Shown here: one piece after another, positions 48,987 through 58,256 of the stretch
Layout: each line of letters begins with the position of its first letter
Position numbering within the stretch: position 1 is the stretch's first letter
Source of the DNA: Pseudomonadota bacterium
GTDB lineage: Bacteria > Pseudomonadota > Alphaproteobacteria > Acetobacterales > Acetobacteraceae
NCBI GenBank assembly: GCA_021845595.1
Contig: JAJZVV010000006.1
Location: forward strand, 84,361-148,360
Direction of reading: 5' to 3'
DNA length: 64,000 nt
Made by a program: the position numbers and the translations under genes
The notes under the pieces: generated by a model
What the model was told of the DNA's origin: nothing
The model's database searches: none
Seen by the model: only the letters and a program-made list of their open reading frames with translations

Positions 48987-50096
48987 CTACTCCACGACGA
49001 TGCGCGGCGCCGGCGCGGCGGCGGCGAGCGCGGCTTCGGTCGCCTCCCACACCCGCTGGGCCAGGGCGGCGAAGGCGCGGGCGGCCTCGCTCTCCGGGGC
49101 GGCGGCGACGATGGGGGTGCCGGCGTCGGAGGCGGTGCGGATGTCGAGCAGCAGCGGCACCTCGCCGAGGAACGGCGCGCCGAGCCGCGCGGCCTCCGCG
49201 CGCGCGCCGCCATGGCCGAAAATCTCGGCGCGGTGGCCGCAGTTCGGGCAGCAATAATAGCTCATGTTCTCGACCAGCCCGAGCACGGGGACATTGACGC
49301 GCTCGAACATGCGCACCCCGCGCCTTGCATCGAGCAGCGCGATGTCCTGCGGCGTCGAGACGATCACCGCGCCGGTCAGCGCCACGCGCTGGGCCATGGT
49401 CAACTGCGCGTCCCCGGTGCCGGGCGGCATGTCCACCACCATCACGTCGAGCTTGCCCCACTCGGCCTGGCCCATCATCTGCTCCAGCGCGCCCATCACC
49501 ATCGGGCCGCGCCAGATCATCGGCGTTTCCTCATCGACGAGGAAGCCGATGGACATCGCCTTCAGCCCCCAGGCTTCCAGCGGGATCATCCGCTCCTGGC
49601 CCTTGGCGCCGCGCACCTCCGGCTTGCGCGCCAGCCCGAGCATGCGCGGCAGGCTCGGGCCGTAGATGTCGGCATCGAGCAGCCCGACGGCGAGGCCCTG
49701 GCGGGCCAGGGCGACGGCGAGATTGACCGCGACGGTGGATTTGCCCACCCCGCCCTTGCCCGAGGCGACGGCGATGATCGCGCGCACGCCGGGCAGCAGC
49801 GCGGCGCGCTGGCCGGGCGCCGGCGGCGGCTTCGCGGGCTCGGGCGGCTTGTGGGCGGTGAGGATGACGGCGGCGTTGGTCACCCCCGGCTGGCGGGCGA
49901 GCAGCGCCTCCGCCTCCCGGCGCAGCGGCTCCAGCGCCGCGGCGCGGGCGCGCTCGACGCTGAGCGCCACCTGCACCAGCCCGCCGCGCACCTCGATGCC
50001 CTCGACCATGCCGGCGGCGACGATGTCCTGCCCGCTCGCCGGGTCGCGCAGAGTGCGCAGCGCCGCGCGCAGTGTCTCCTGTGTGGGGTTGCTCAT
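48987..50096 (-). CDS. apbC: Mrp/NBP35-family iron-sulfur cluster carrier ATPase
   Basis: An N-terminal DUF59-like region is followed by the deviant Walker A AVASGKGGVGKST and a CPNCGH motif. The start is ATG 50096 (MSNPTQETL). Confidence 0.92.
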   Translation of the reverse strand: MSNPTQETLRAALRTLRDPASGQDIVAAGMVEGIEVRGGLVQVALSVERARAAALEPLRREAEALLARQPGVTNAAVILTAHKPPEPAKPPPAPGQRAALLPGVRAIIAVASGKGGVGKSTVAVNLAVALARQGLAVGLLDADIYGPSLPRMLGLARKPEVRGAKGQERMIPLEAWGLKAMSIGFLVDEETPMIWRGPMVMGALEQMMGQAEWGKLDVMVVDMPPGTGDAQLTMAQRVALTGAVIVSTPQDIALLDARRGVRMFERVNVPVLGLVENMSYYCCPNCGHRAEIFGHGGARAEAARLGAPFLGEVPLLLDIRTASDAGTPIVAAAPESEAARAFAALAQRVWEATEAALAAAAPAPRIVVE

Positions 50097-50216
50097 GCGC
50101 TTGCCAGCCTTTCCTGTCCGGTCGATAACCATCCGCCGCTCCGGCTCTCGATATGCATCCGGCCGGCGCGCACGCCAATGGCCCCGCCCTGCGGCGCGGA
50201 TACAGGAGGAGCGGCG

Positions 50217-51428
50217 ATGTCTTGGAACAGCGGCGGGAATGCCGGCGGCTCGGGGCCGTGGGGCCCGCCCGGGCGGCCGAACGGCCCGCGCCCGCCGCCA
50301 CCGGGCCGCGGCGGCCCGCCCTTCCCCGACCTCGACGAGTTCCTCGCCTGGCTGCGCTCGACCTTCGGCGGCGGCGGAGGAGGCCGGCCGGGCGGGCTCG
50401 GGCCGGCGAGCTTCGGCGGCGGCCGCGGCCTCGGCCTGCTCGTGGTCGGGCTGATCGGCGTCTGGCTCGCCAGCGGCTTCTTCCGCGTCCAGCCGGACCA
50501 GCAGGGTCTGGTGCTGCGCTTCGGCGCCTTCGTGCGCAGCGCCGGGCCGGGGCTGAACTACCACCTGCCCTGGCCGATCGAGACGGTCGAACGGCCGGCG
50601 GTGACGCGCATCAACCGGATCGAGATCGGCTATCGCTCGCGCGGACGCGACGAGATCACCGGCGAGATGCGCCCGCCGCGCGATGTCGGCGCCGAAAGCC
50701 TCATGCTCACCGGCGACGAGAACATCATCGACATCAATTTCACCGTGTTCTGGCACATCAGCAACGCCGCGGATTTCCTGTTCGGCGTGCGCAACCCGGA
50801 GGAAACGGTGAAATCCGCCGCCGAAAGCGTGATGCGCGAGGTGATCGGCCGCACGCCGATCCAGCCGGCGCTGACCGCGGCGCGCGCGCAGATCGAGACC
50901 GCCGTGCACAAGGGCACGCAGGCGATCCTCGACCGCTACGGCGCCGGCGTCGAGATCACCCAGGTGCAGCTCCAGCGCGTCGATCCGCCGGCCGCGGTGA
51001 TCGACAGTTTCCGCGACGTGCAGCGCGCCAATACCGACGCCGAACGCATGCGCAACGAGGCCGAGGCTTACCACAACGACATCGTCCCGCGCGCGCGCGG
51101 CGATGCGGCGCGCATCGTCGCCGAGGCGGAGGGCGCGCGGCAGGCGGCGATCGCGCAGGCCACCGGGGAGGCGCAGCGCTTCGACAGCGTGCTCGCCGCC
51201 TACCGCGCGGCCAAGGACGTGACATTGCGCCGGCTCTATATCGACGCCATGCAGAGCGTGGTCGAACACGCCCAGACGGTGGTGGTGGACCCGGCGCTGA
51301 AGGGCGTACTGCCGCTGCTGAACCTCGTGCCCGAGCCAGCGCGGGCTCCTTCGCCGGCTCGGGCGGAAGTGCCGGCGCAACCCTCCGCTCCGCCGCCCGC
51401 CACGGCCCAACCGGGAAAAGCGCCATGA
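50217..51428 (+). CDS. hflK: FtsH protease modulator HflK
   Basis: A Gly/Pro-rich N-terminus and one TM segment precede the SPFH/band-7 domain (FRVQPDQQGLVLRFG..., MLTGDENIIDINF). ATG 50217 is preceded by AGGAGGA. Confidence 0.92.
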   Translation: MSWNSGGNAGGSGPWGPPGRPNGPRPPPPGRGGPPFPDLDEFLAWLRSTFGGGGGGRPGGLGPASFGGGRGLGLLVVGLIGVWLASGFFRVQPDQQGLVLRFGAFVRSAGPGLNYHLPWPIETVERPAVTRINRIEIGYRSRGRDEITGEMRPPRDVGAESLMLTGDENIIDINFTVFWHISNAADFLFGVRNPEETVKSAAESVMREVIGRTPIQPALTAARAQIETAVHKGTQAILDRYGAGVEITQVQLQRVDPPAAVIDSFRDVQRANTDAERMRNEAEAYHNDIVPRARGDAARIVAEAEGARQAAIAQATGEAQRFDSVLAAYRAAKDVTLRRLYIDAMQSVVEHAQTVVVDPALKGVLPLLNLVPEPARAPSPARAEVPAQPSAPPPATAQPGKAP

Positions 51429-52384
51429 ACCGGCTGCTGCCCTTCGGCGCCATTCTGCTGCTGCTGGCCGCGATCGTCGCCGGCTCCAGCCTGTTCACCG
51501 TCGCCCAGACCGAGCAGGTGCTGATCACCCAGTTCGGCCAGCCGATCCGCGTCATCACCGTGCCGGGCCTGCATGCCAAGCTGCCGTTCGTGCAGACCGC
51601 GATCGCGTTCGACCGCCGGCTGCTGGATTTCGACGTCGCCAGCGAAGAGGTCATCCTCGGCGACCAGCGCCGGCTGATCGTGGACAGTTTCACCCGCTTC
51701 CGCATCGTCGACCCGCTGCGCCTGTTCCAGGCCGCCGGCCCGACCGAGGGCGTGATCGAGGCCCGCCTCGGCGCCGTCGTCTCCGGCAGCCTCCGGCGCG
51801 TGCTCGGCAACGAAAGCCTGCTCGACGTGCTCTCCGCCCAGCGCGACCGCATCATGAGCCGCATCCGCACCGAGGTGAACGCGGAGATGCAGGGCTTCGG
51901 CCTCGCCGTCGAGGATGTCCGCATCCGCCGCGCCGACCTGCCGGAGGAGAATACCGAGGCCATCCTCAGCCGCATGCAGTCCGAACGCGAGCGCGTCGCC
52001 CGCCAGGCGCGCGCCGAGGGGGCCGAGGCCTCCGCGCGCATCCGCGCCGGGGCGGAGCGCGAGCGCACGGTGCTGCTGGCCGACGCCCGCGGCACGGCGG
52101 AGAAACTGCGCGGCGAAGGCGAGCAGAAAGCGATCGGCATCTATGCCGCGGCCTTCGGCAAGGACCCGACCTTCTTCACCACCTGGCGGACGCTGGAAGC
52201 CTATCGCGCGGGCTTCGGCGCCGGGACGAGCCGCCTGGTGCTCTCAGGCGATGCCGACTTCCTGCGCCTGCTGCGCCACGCCCCAACCGCGCACGAGCCG
52301 ACGGCTCAGGATGTGGGCGCCGCCCAGCCATCCTCGCCAGGCTCGATCGACATCCCCGAACTCGGCTCGACCCAGACCAGGTGA
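51425..52384 (+). CDS. hflC: FtsH protease modulator HflC
   Basis: There is an ATGA overlap with hflK. The SPFH domain is present (FTVAQTEQVLITQFG..., VEDVRIRRADLP). The last ~26 codons overlap the convergent CBS gene. Confidence 0.9.
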   Translation: MNRLLPFGAILLLLAAIVAGSSLFTVAQTEQVLITQFGQPIRVITVPGLHAKLPFVQTAIAFDRRLLDFDVASEEVILGDQRRLIVDSFTRFRIVDPLRLFQAAGPTEGVIEARLGAVVSGSLRRVLGNESLLDVLSAQRDRIMSRIRTEVNAEMQGFGLAVEDVRIRRADLPEENTEAILSRMQSERERVARQARAEGAEASARIRAGAERERTVLLADARGTAEKLRGEGEQKAIGIYAAAFGKDPTFFTTWRTLEAYRAGFGAGTSRLVLSGDADFLRLLRHAPTAHEPTAQDVGAAQPSSPGSIDIPELGSTQTR

Positions 52385-53052
52385 TCGCGCACTTCCTTCA
52401 CCCCGGGCGCGTTCTCCGCCACCACCCGTAGCGCCTTGCGCTCGCGCTCGTCGAAGATCACGCCGTCGAGATGCACCAGCCCGTCATGGACGGTGACGAT
52501 CACCCCGTCCCGCCGGCCCCAGGGCTGGCGCTCGATCTCGGCCAGGATGGCGCGGCGGATCGCGGTATCGCCCGGCGCCGGCTCGGTATCCTTGGCCAGC
52601 ATCTGCGACAGCGCGCGGATGAGGTCGGCGCGGCTGACGATGCCCACCGGCACGCCGGCGCTCACCACCGGCAGGCGGCGGACGCGCTTGCGCTCCATCA
52701 GCCAGACGACGTCGGCGAGCGGCGTGTCGGGGGCGACGGAGACGACATCGGCGGTCATGATCTCGCCCACCGTGCGCGCGTGCGCCTGCACGTAATCGGC
52801 CGCCATCCGCCCCGGCCCGAGCAGGAAGCCGAGCCAGCGCGGCCGCTCGGTCTGCGTGCCGAGCTCGGCGCGGCGCAGCAGATCCCCCTCGGTGAGGATG
52901 CCGACCAGCCTGCCATGCGCGTCCACCACCGGCAGGCCGCTGATGTGCTTGTCCAGCATGGTATGGATCGCATCGCGCACCGCCGCGTCGGCGCGGACGG
53001 TGGTGATCTCGCGGGTCATGATGTCGGCGACGGTCGCGGGTGATGCTGGCAT
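52306..53052 (-). CDS. CBS-pair + BON domain protein
   Basis: It has two CBS motifs (VADIMTREITTV...GLPVVDAHGRLVGILTEGDLL; VGEIMTADVVSV...RLPVVSAGVPVGIVSRADLI) and a C-terminal BON-like region (VTVHDGLVHLDGVI...APGVKEV). ATG 53052 is preceded by AGGAAGG. Confidence 0.82.
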   Translation of the reverse strand: MPASPATVADIMTREITTVRADAAVRDAIHTMLDKHISGLPVVDAHGRLVGILTEGDLLRRAELGTQTERPRWLGFLLGPGRMAADYVQAHARTVGEIMTADVVSVAPDTPLADVVWLMERKRVRRLPVVSAGVPVGIVSRADLIRALSQMLAKDTEPAPGDTAIRRAILAEIERQPWGRRDGVIVTVHDGLVHLDGVIFDERERKALRVVAENAPGVKEVRDHLVWVEPSSGMSIEPGEDGWAAPTS

Positions 53053-53176
53053 TGGCCTTCCTGGCACTGACGGTCCTGGCATCCCCACTCTCCTGACGCT
53101 TCGCGACGTGGAAACGCATCGATGCCCCCAAGCCTCGCGCGCCGCGTTGATGCAGGTCAAGTGCCGGCGCTTGCTG

Positions 53177-54013
53177 CTATTGCAGGTCGTGCCGCCAGGG
53201 CAGCAATGCCCGCTCCAGGCGATGGACCAGCGCTGACAGCACCAGCGCCAGCGCCACGGTGACGGCGAGCTCGGCGAACACTTTGGAGATCACGTAGAGA
53301 CTGCCGGCCTTGAAGATGGCATGGCCGAGCCCCTCGTCGGAGGACATGAACTCGCCGATGATCGCGCCGACGAGGGCGAAGCCGACGGTGAGCTTGAGGC
53401 CGGCGAAAATGTCGGTGAGCGAGGCCGGCAGCACCAGATGGCGGAAAATCTGGTGCTTGTCGGCGCCGAGCGAGCGCATCAGGTTGATCTGGTCCGGATC
53501 GACGCCGAGCGCGCCCTTGTAGGCGATGACCAGCGACACGACGACGACCGAGAGCGTCGCCATCGCCAGCTTGGAGGCGAAGCCGGTGCCGAACCAGATG
53601 ATGACGATCGGCGCCAGCGCCACGATGGGGATCGAGCCCAGCGCCAGGATGAACGGCTGCAGCACGCGCGAGACGAAGCGCGAATACCACAGCGCGAGCC
53701 CGATGCCGGTGCCGAGCAGGTTGCCGAGCACGAAGCCGGCCAGTGTCTCCAGCCCGGTCACGAGCGTATCGGTGAACAGCGTGCCGTCGCGCGCGGCGGC
53801 GATGAGCGCGGCGGCAATTCCCCCCGGCGACCCGAACAGGAACGCGTTCACCGCCGCCCCGCGCGTCGCCGCCTCCCACGCCGCCAGCAGCAGCGCCAGC
53901 AGCGCCAGTTGCGCCGCGAGCACCCCGAGCCGCCCGCGCCAGCGCCGCCGCGCGCGGCCGGCGGGTTTCGGCGCCATCACGGCGGTCTCGACGCGGTCCG
54001 ACACCGAAACCAT
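53177..54013 (-). CDS. ABC transporter permease (NitT/TauT family)
   Basis: 278 aa with 6 TM segments and an EAA-like loop (MRSLGADKHQIFRHLVLPASL). Confidence 0.85.
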   Translation of the reverse strand: MVSVSDRVETAVMAPKPAGRARRRWRGRLGVLAAQLALLALLLAAWEAATRGAAVNAFLFGSPGGIAAALIAAARDGTLFTDTLVTGLETLAGFVLGNLLGTGIGLALWYSRFVSRVLQPFILALGSIPIVALAPIVIIWFGTGFASKLAMATLSVVVVSLVIAYKGALGVDPDQINLMRSLGADKHQIFRHLVLPASLTDIFAGLKLTVGFALVGAIIGEFMSSDEGLGHAIFKAGSLYVISKVFAELAVTVALALVLSALVHRLERALLPWRHDLQ

Positions 54014-54015
54014 GC

Positions 54016-54822
54016 TCAGTGCAGCTCCAGCTCGTTCCAGATGGAGCGCACATAATGCGCGAAATCCGGCGCCTCGCGCGCCTGGATCATGTCGGTGCGG
54101 TCGCCCGGCAGCGCGATGCGGTGCTCGGTGATGACGCGCGAGGGCCGGCGCGAGAGCACGATCACGCGGTCCGAAAGGCTGACGGCCTCCTCGATGTCGT
54201 GCGTGATCAGCAGCAGCGCGCGCTGCTCCTCGCGCACCAGCCGCGCCGTGTCGCGCTCGATCAGCAGCTTGGTCTGGAAATCCAGCGCCGAGAACGGCTC
54301 GTCGAGCAGCAGCACCTCGGGGTCCGGCGCCAGCGTGCGCGCCAGCGCCACGCGCTGGCGCATGCCCCCCGAAAGCGCGCTGGGATAGAAGCCCGCGAAG
54401 CCGGCGAGGCCGAGCCGCTCGAGCGCACCCATCGCCCGCGCGCGCCGCTCGGCACGGCCGACACGCTTGATCTGCAGCCCGAGTTCGGCATTCTCCACCG
54501 CCGTGCGCCAGGGCAGCAGCAGATCCTTCTGCAGCATGTAGCCGACGCGCTCCGGCGTGCCGACGAGCGGGCGACCGAACCAGGCGATGCGGCCACGGCT
54601 CGGCGCCAGCAGGCCGCAGATCAGATTGAGCAGCGTCGTCTTGCCGCAGCCGGACGGCCCGACCAGGCTGACGATCTCGCCACGCGCCAGCGCGAAGGAA
54701 ACGGAGCGGATCACCTCCACCGGCGCGGCGTCATCCTCGCCGAAACTCTTGCCGAGATCGGTGGCGGCGAAAATCTCGCCGGCGGCGGCCGCGCCGCCGG
54801 CGATCGTCCGCGCGAAACTCAC
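54016..54822 (-). CDS. ABC transporter ATP-binding protein (NitT/TauT family)
   Basis: Walker A GPSGCGKTT, the signature LSGGMRQRVALAR, and Walker B LLLDEPFSALD are present. Confidence 0.92.
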   Translation of the reverse strand: MSFARTIAGGAAAAGEIFAATDLGKSFGEDDAAPVEVIRSVSFALARGEIVSLVGPSGCGKTTLLNLICGLLAPSRGRIAWFGRPLVGTPERVGYMLQKDLLLPWRTAVENAELGLQIKRVGRAERRARAMGALERLGLAGFAGFYPSALSGGMRQRVALARTLAPDPEVLLLDEPFSALDFQTKLLIERDTARLVREEQRALLLITHDIEEAVSLSDRVIVLSRRPSRVITEHRIALPGDRTDMIQAREAPDFAHYVRSIWNELELH

Positions 54823-54835
54823 CTCCGGCCGCGCG

Positions 54836-55876
54836 TCACGCGGCGTGCGCCTTCATCGCGAAACTGTTGTCCACGATCTGCGCGAACGTCGTCGTGCCCT
54901 TGATGTTCTTGAGATAGACCTGCATCTTCATGAGATTGTCCCATTGCGCCGGGTCGACCACGACCGACTGCGCCGGGATCTTGTATTTCAGTTCCGATTC
55001 GATCGCCTTGTCGACGACCTTCACCGGCAGCTCGGGAAATTCCATATGCGCCACGGCTACCGCGTAGTCGGGATCCTCGTAGACGCGCCGGTCGGCCAGC
55101 TCGAACCCGTCGCACAGCGCCTGCACGATCGCCGGCTGCCGGGCGATGGTTTCGTTCAGCACCATGATGCCGGTGTTGCAGAACGGGCCGATGGCGTTGG
55201 AGAAATCGAACACCGTGCGCGCGCCCTGGTCCTCGGCCTCGGCGACACCCGGCTGGTAGGCGATGGCGACATCGGCGCGCCCGGCCAGCATCGCCGCGAT
55301 CTCGGTGCCGGGGCTCACCTGCAGCATCTTCACGTCCTTGCCGACGACGAGCCCGGCCTCCTCGAGCAGCTTCTTGGTGACGCTGTAATTGGTGTTGGGC
55401 TCGGGCGAGGTGACGACGGTGAGCCCCTTGAACTGCTTCGGATCCGTGATCGGCGCGACGGTTTTGGAGACGCCGAAATAATGCGCCCGCTGCACCACCG
55501 TGCCGACGACCTTGCCCGGCCCGCCATTCTCCACCGACATCGGCACCATGGTCGGATCCCCGATGCCGAACAGCGCCGAGCGCCCGAGCACGGCGGCGAA
55601 AGCCTGCGTGTCGCCGCCCGCGGCCTTGACGTTGAGCTTGATGCCGAACTTCTCGAAATAGCCGCCGCGCTGGCCGACATAGAGGTCGATATAGCCGAGA
55701 TTATGCACCGCCTCGACGAAGTTCACCTCGACGAGCGCCGCGCGCGCGATGTGCGGCGCGGCCAGCGCCACGGCAGCGCCCGCCGCACCGGCGCCCAGCA
55801 CTTGCCGTCGCGACAGCACGGGCCGCCGCGAGAACGTCGCCCGCGCCGATGCCATGGTCCCTGATGTCATCTTCAT
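54836..55876 (-). CDS. ABC transporter substrate-binding protein (NMT1/SsuA/TauA-like) with Tat-type signal
   Basis: SRRQVLGAGAAGAAVALAAPHIARA is a twin-arginine-like signal. The body has a periplasmic binding-protein fold. The start is at ATG 55876 or 55870. Confidence 0.78.
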   Translation of the reverse strand: MKMTSGTMASARATFSRRPVLSRRQVLGAGAAGAAVALAAPHIARAALVEVNFVEAVHNLGYIDLYVGQRGGYFEKFGIKLNVKAAGGDTQAFAAVLGRSALFGIGDPTMVPMSVENGGPGKVVGTVVQRAHYFGVSKTVAPITDPKQFKGLTVVTSPEPNTNYSVTKKLLEEAGLVVGKDVKMLQVSPGTEIAAMLAGRADVAIAYQPGVAEAEDQGARTVFDFSNAIGPFCNTGIMVLNETIARQPAIVQALCDGFELADRRVYEDPDYAVAVAHMEFPELPVKVVDKAIESELKYKIPAQSVVVDPAQWDNLMKMQVYLKNIKGTTTFAQIVDNSFAMKAHAA

Positions 55877-56103
55877 TGTGCACCCCATTCCTGTCCCTGC
55901 CTCGCCTCGCAGCAACCCGGCGCGCTCCGGCTCAAGCCAACCCCCAACGCCAGCCCCGGAAGCCTGCCCGCATCCGCCCTCTTGCGGAAAACGCAATGCT
56001 GCAATGCAATGATTGCCTTGCCAGGAGCTCTGTCAAGCGGGATTTGGGCGCGATTGCACGAATACTGGGCGGAATGCTCCGCGCCCAGCCTGTTCATCGC
56101 ATC

Positions 56104-56143
56104 ATTTCTGGCGCGATTTCTGGCGCGATTTCTGGGGCGATTG
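56104..56143. repeat. 12-nt tandem repeat (about 3.3 copies)
   Basis: atttctggcgcg x2, then atttctggggcg, then a partial copy. It lies in the intergenic region between the PEP-CTERM gene stop and the SBP gene upstream region. Confidence 0.75.
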
Positions 56144-56167
56144 CCTGCAACCCAGCAATCGCAGCGA

Positions 56168-56770
56168 TCAGCGCGCGGAATTCACGCCCCGCCGGACGCG
56201 GATGGCGCCGAGAAGCGCGAGGCCGCCGCCGAGCAGCGCGAACGGCATCGGCTCGGGGATCGGCGTCACGGAGCCGGAGGCGAAGCCGATCGGGGCGAAG
56301 ATGCCGTCGAGGAAGCACTGGCTGGACTGGCAGGCGAAGCTCGAGGCAGCGGCCGGCCCGAACGCGGTGTCGATGCTGCCGGGCTCGAAGACGAGCGTGG
56401 TGGGCGTGATCTCGAAATTCAGCGTCAGTTGGCCGGAGGTGGCGAAGAATTCGATCTGGACGAAACTCCCCGCCGGGCTCGTGCCGGTGAACGGCAGCAC
56501 GCTGACGAGCGAAAGAATCGTCGAGTCGAAGGTCACGGTCGGCGCGGTGAACTGGAAGCTCGGCACCGAAAGTGTGGTCGCGTCCCAGACGAACTGGCCG
56601 GTGACGGCGCTGCTGCCGGAGACCGAACTGGCGAGCGTGCCCTGGAACGCGTACGGCTGCAGCACGTCGGCCCTGGCCGGATGCAGGCCGAGCAGCCCCC
56701 CGGCCAGCAGGCCGCCCGCCAGACCGATCGCCAGCCTGATTTTGGAGATCCCGCGCAGTTCGATGGGCAT
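56168..56770 (-). CDS. PEP-CTERM sorting-domain protein
   Basis: It has a signal peptide (MPIELRGISKIRLAIGLAGGLLAGGLLGLHPARA). The C-terminus VTPIPEPMPFALLGGGLALLGAIRVRRG gives the PEP motif, a TM helix and a basic cluster. Confidence 0.8.
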   Translation of the reverse strand: MPIELRGISKIRLAIGLAGGLLAGGLLGLHPARADVLQPYAFQGTLASSVSGSSAVTGQFVWDATTLSVPSFQFTAPTVTFDSTILSLVSVLPFTGTSPAGSFVQIEFFATSGQLTLNFEITPTTLVFEPGSIDTAFGPAAASSFACQSSQCFLDGIFAPIGFASGSVTPIPEPMPFALLGGGLALLGAIRVRRGVNSAR

Positions 56771-56978
56771 TCGGCCGACCCTTTTTGGTCTGTCCCAATT
56801 AAGACGAGAGGGCCGGTTGGTGTCAACCAATGTCCGGTTGTGGAGATGCGGTCTTCACACACCGTTCATGGGCCGGTAGCGGTCCTGCGCACGCGCCCGT
56901 CCCCGCCTCCTCGTTTTTCGCTTGTGCCCGGGGCCGCACTTGCGCATCCTCCGCGCCGACGAGAACAAAACGGGATCA

Positions 56979-58256
56979 TCGATGCCCGCCTCCGAGTTCG
57001 ACCCCATTCTCGAGTTCGACCCCCTGCGCACCCACAGCGCCGCCGCCATCGCGCGCCGCGAGGCCGAGCGGGCCCGCGACCTCGCCTTCATCGCGCGCGA
57101 CCGCAAGCGGTTCGACATCCCCGAGGCCGAGCAGCGCGCGAACCGCGAGGCCGCCCGCGCCGCCGATGCCCTCGCCGCCCGGAGCCGGCGGCAGACGCAG
57201 GTCCGCGCCGCCGCGCTGGGCCTGTTCGCCCGCCGCGGCGTCGCCGCCATCTCGCTCGCCCGCCTCGCCTGGGAAATGGGCTGCGGCGAGGCCGCGCTGC
57301 GCCGCGCCTACCCGGACAAGCCCTGCCTGCTCGCCGCCATCCTCACCGAGGCCATGGACGCGCTCGACGAAGCCGTGCTCGGCGCCCACGATGCCGCCGG
57401 CGACCCCGCCCAGGACCCTGCGGCCGCCGCCGCCGCCCGCCTCGCCGCCATGGCCGAGGCCTATCTCAGCCACCGCGCCGGGCCCGGGGCGGCGGCGCAG
57501 CGCATCCTGCCCGAGGCCATCGCCCTGCTGCCGCCGGCCGCCGCCGAGCCGATCACCGTCCGCCGCCGCTGGCTCGCCGCGCCGTTCGAGACCGCGCTCG
57601 AACAGGCCCTCGCCGAGCCGGACCGCGCCCGCGTCGCCCTGCTCGCCCACGCAATGCTCGGCCTGCTCGACGCCCATGCCGATCTGGCGGACCCTCCGCC
57701 CGAGGCCGACTATGCCGCATTCGCCCTCGCCGCCATTCTCGGCGCCGCCACCGCGCCCTGCCCGCCCGGCGTCCGCGCGCCCTTCCATCCGGCGCCGTCC
57801 GATCCGGCCGCAAGGTTGACACCGCCGCCCGCCTGCGCCCACTTTCCGCCCATCCTTCCCGGGCAGGAAACGAGAGGCCGCCATGGCACAGCACGACAAG
57901 AGCAAGCACGGCGCGCGCCCGCTGCGCTCGCGCCGCTGGTTCGACGATCCGCACGATCCCGGCATGACCGCGCTCTATGTCGAGCGCTACCTGAATTTCG
58001 GCCTGACCCGCGAAGAGCTGCAGTCGGGCAAGCCGATCATCGGCATCGCCCAGACCGGCTCGGACCTCTCGCCGTGCAACCGCCACCATCTGCAACTGGC
58101 GGAGCGGGTGCGCGACGGCATCCGCGATGCGGGGGGCATTCCGCTGGAATTCCCCCTCCATCCCATCCAGGAAACCGGCAAGCGCCCGACCGCGGCGCTG
58201 GACCGCAATCTCGCCTATCTCGGCCTCGTCGAGGTGCTGCACGGCTATCCGCTTGA
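56979..58256 (+). CDS. TetR-family-like regulator ORF with no stop until 58256 (3' boundary doubtful)
   Basis: An HTH-like block RAAALGLFARRGVAAISLARLAWEMGCGEAALRRAYPDKPCLLAAIL follows a ~65-aa N-terminal extension. The frame stays open for 374 nt into the next gene. Confidence 0.45.
   Translation, partial: SMPASEFDPILEFDPLRTHSAAAIARREAERARDLAFIARDRKRFDIPEAEQRANREAARAADALAARSRRQTQVRAAALGLFARRGVAAISLARLAWEMGCGEAALRRAYPDKPCLLAAILTEAMDALDEAVLGAHDAAGDPAQDPAAAAAARLAAMAEAYLSHRAGPGAAAQRILPEAIALLPPAAAEPITVRRRWLAAPFETALEQALAEPDRARVALLAHAMLGLLDAHADLADPPPEADYAAFALAAILGAATAPCPPGVRAPFHPAPSDPAARLTPPPACAHFPPILPGQETRGRHGTARQEQARRAPAALAPLVRRSARSRHDRALCRALPEFRPDPRRAAVGQADHRHRPDRLGPLAVQPPPSATGGAGARRHPRCGGHSAGIPPPSHPGNRQAPDRGAGPQSRLSRPRRGAARLSA

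Noticed and set aside
55877-56060. TPP riboswitch upstream of the NMT1/THI5-like substrate-binding protein gene
   Set aside because: On the minus strand there is no CUGAGA / ACCUGAUCUGGAUAAUGCCAGCG-type core. I found only a weak TTGACA-N16-AATCAT promoter-like match (complement of about 56008-56036), which I do not consider strong enough to report.
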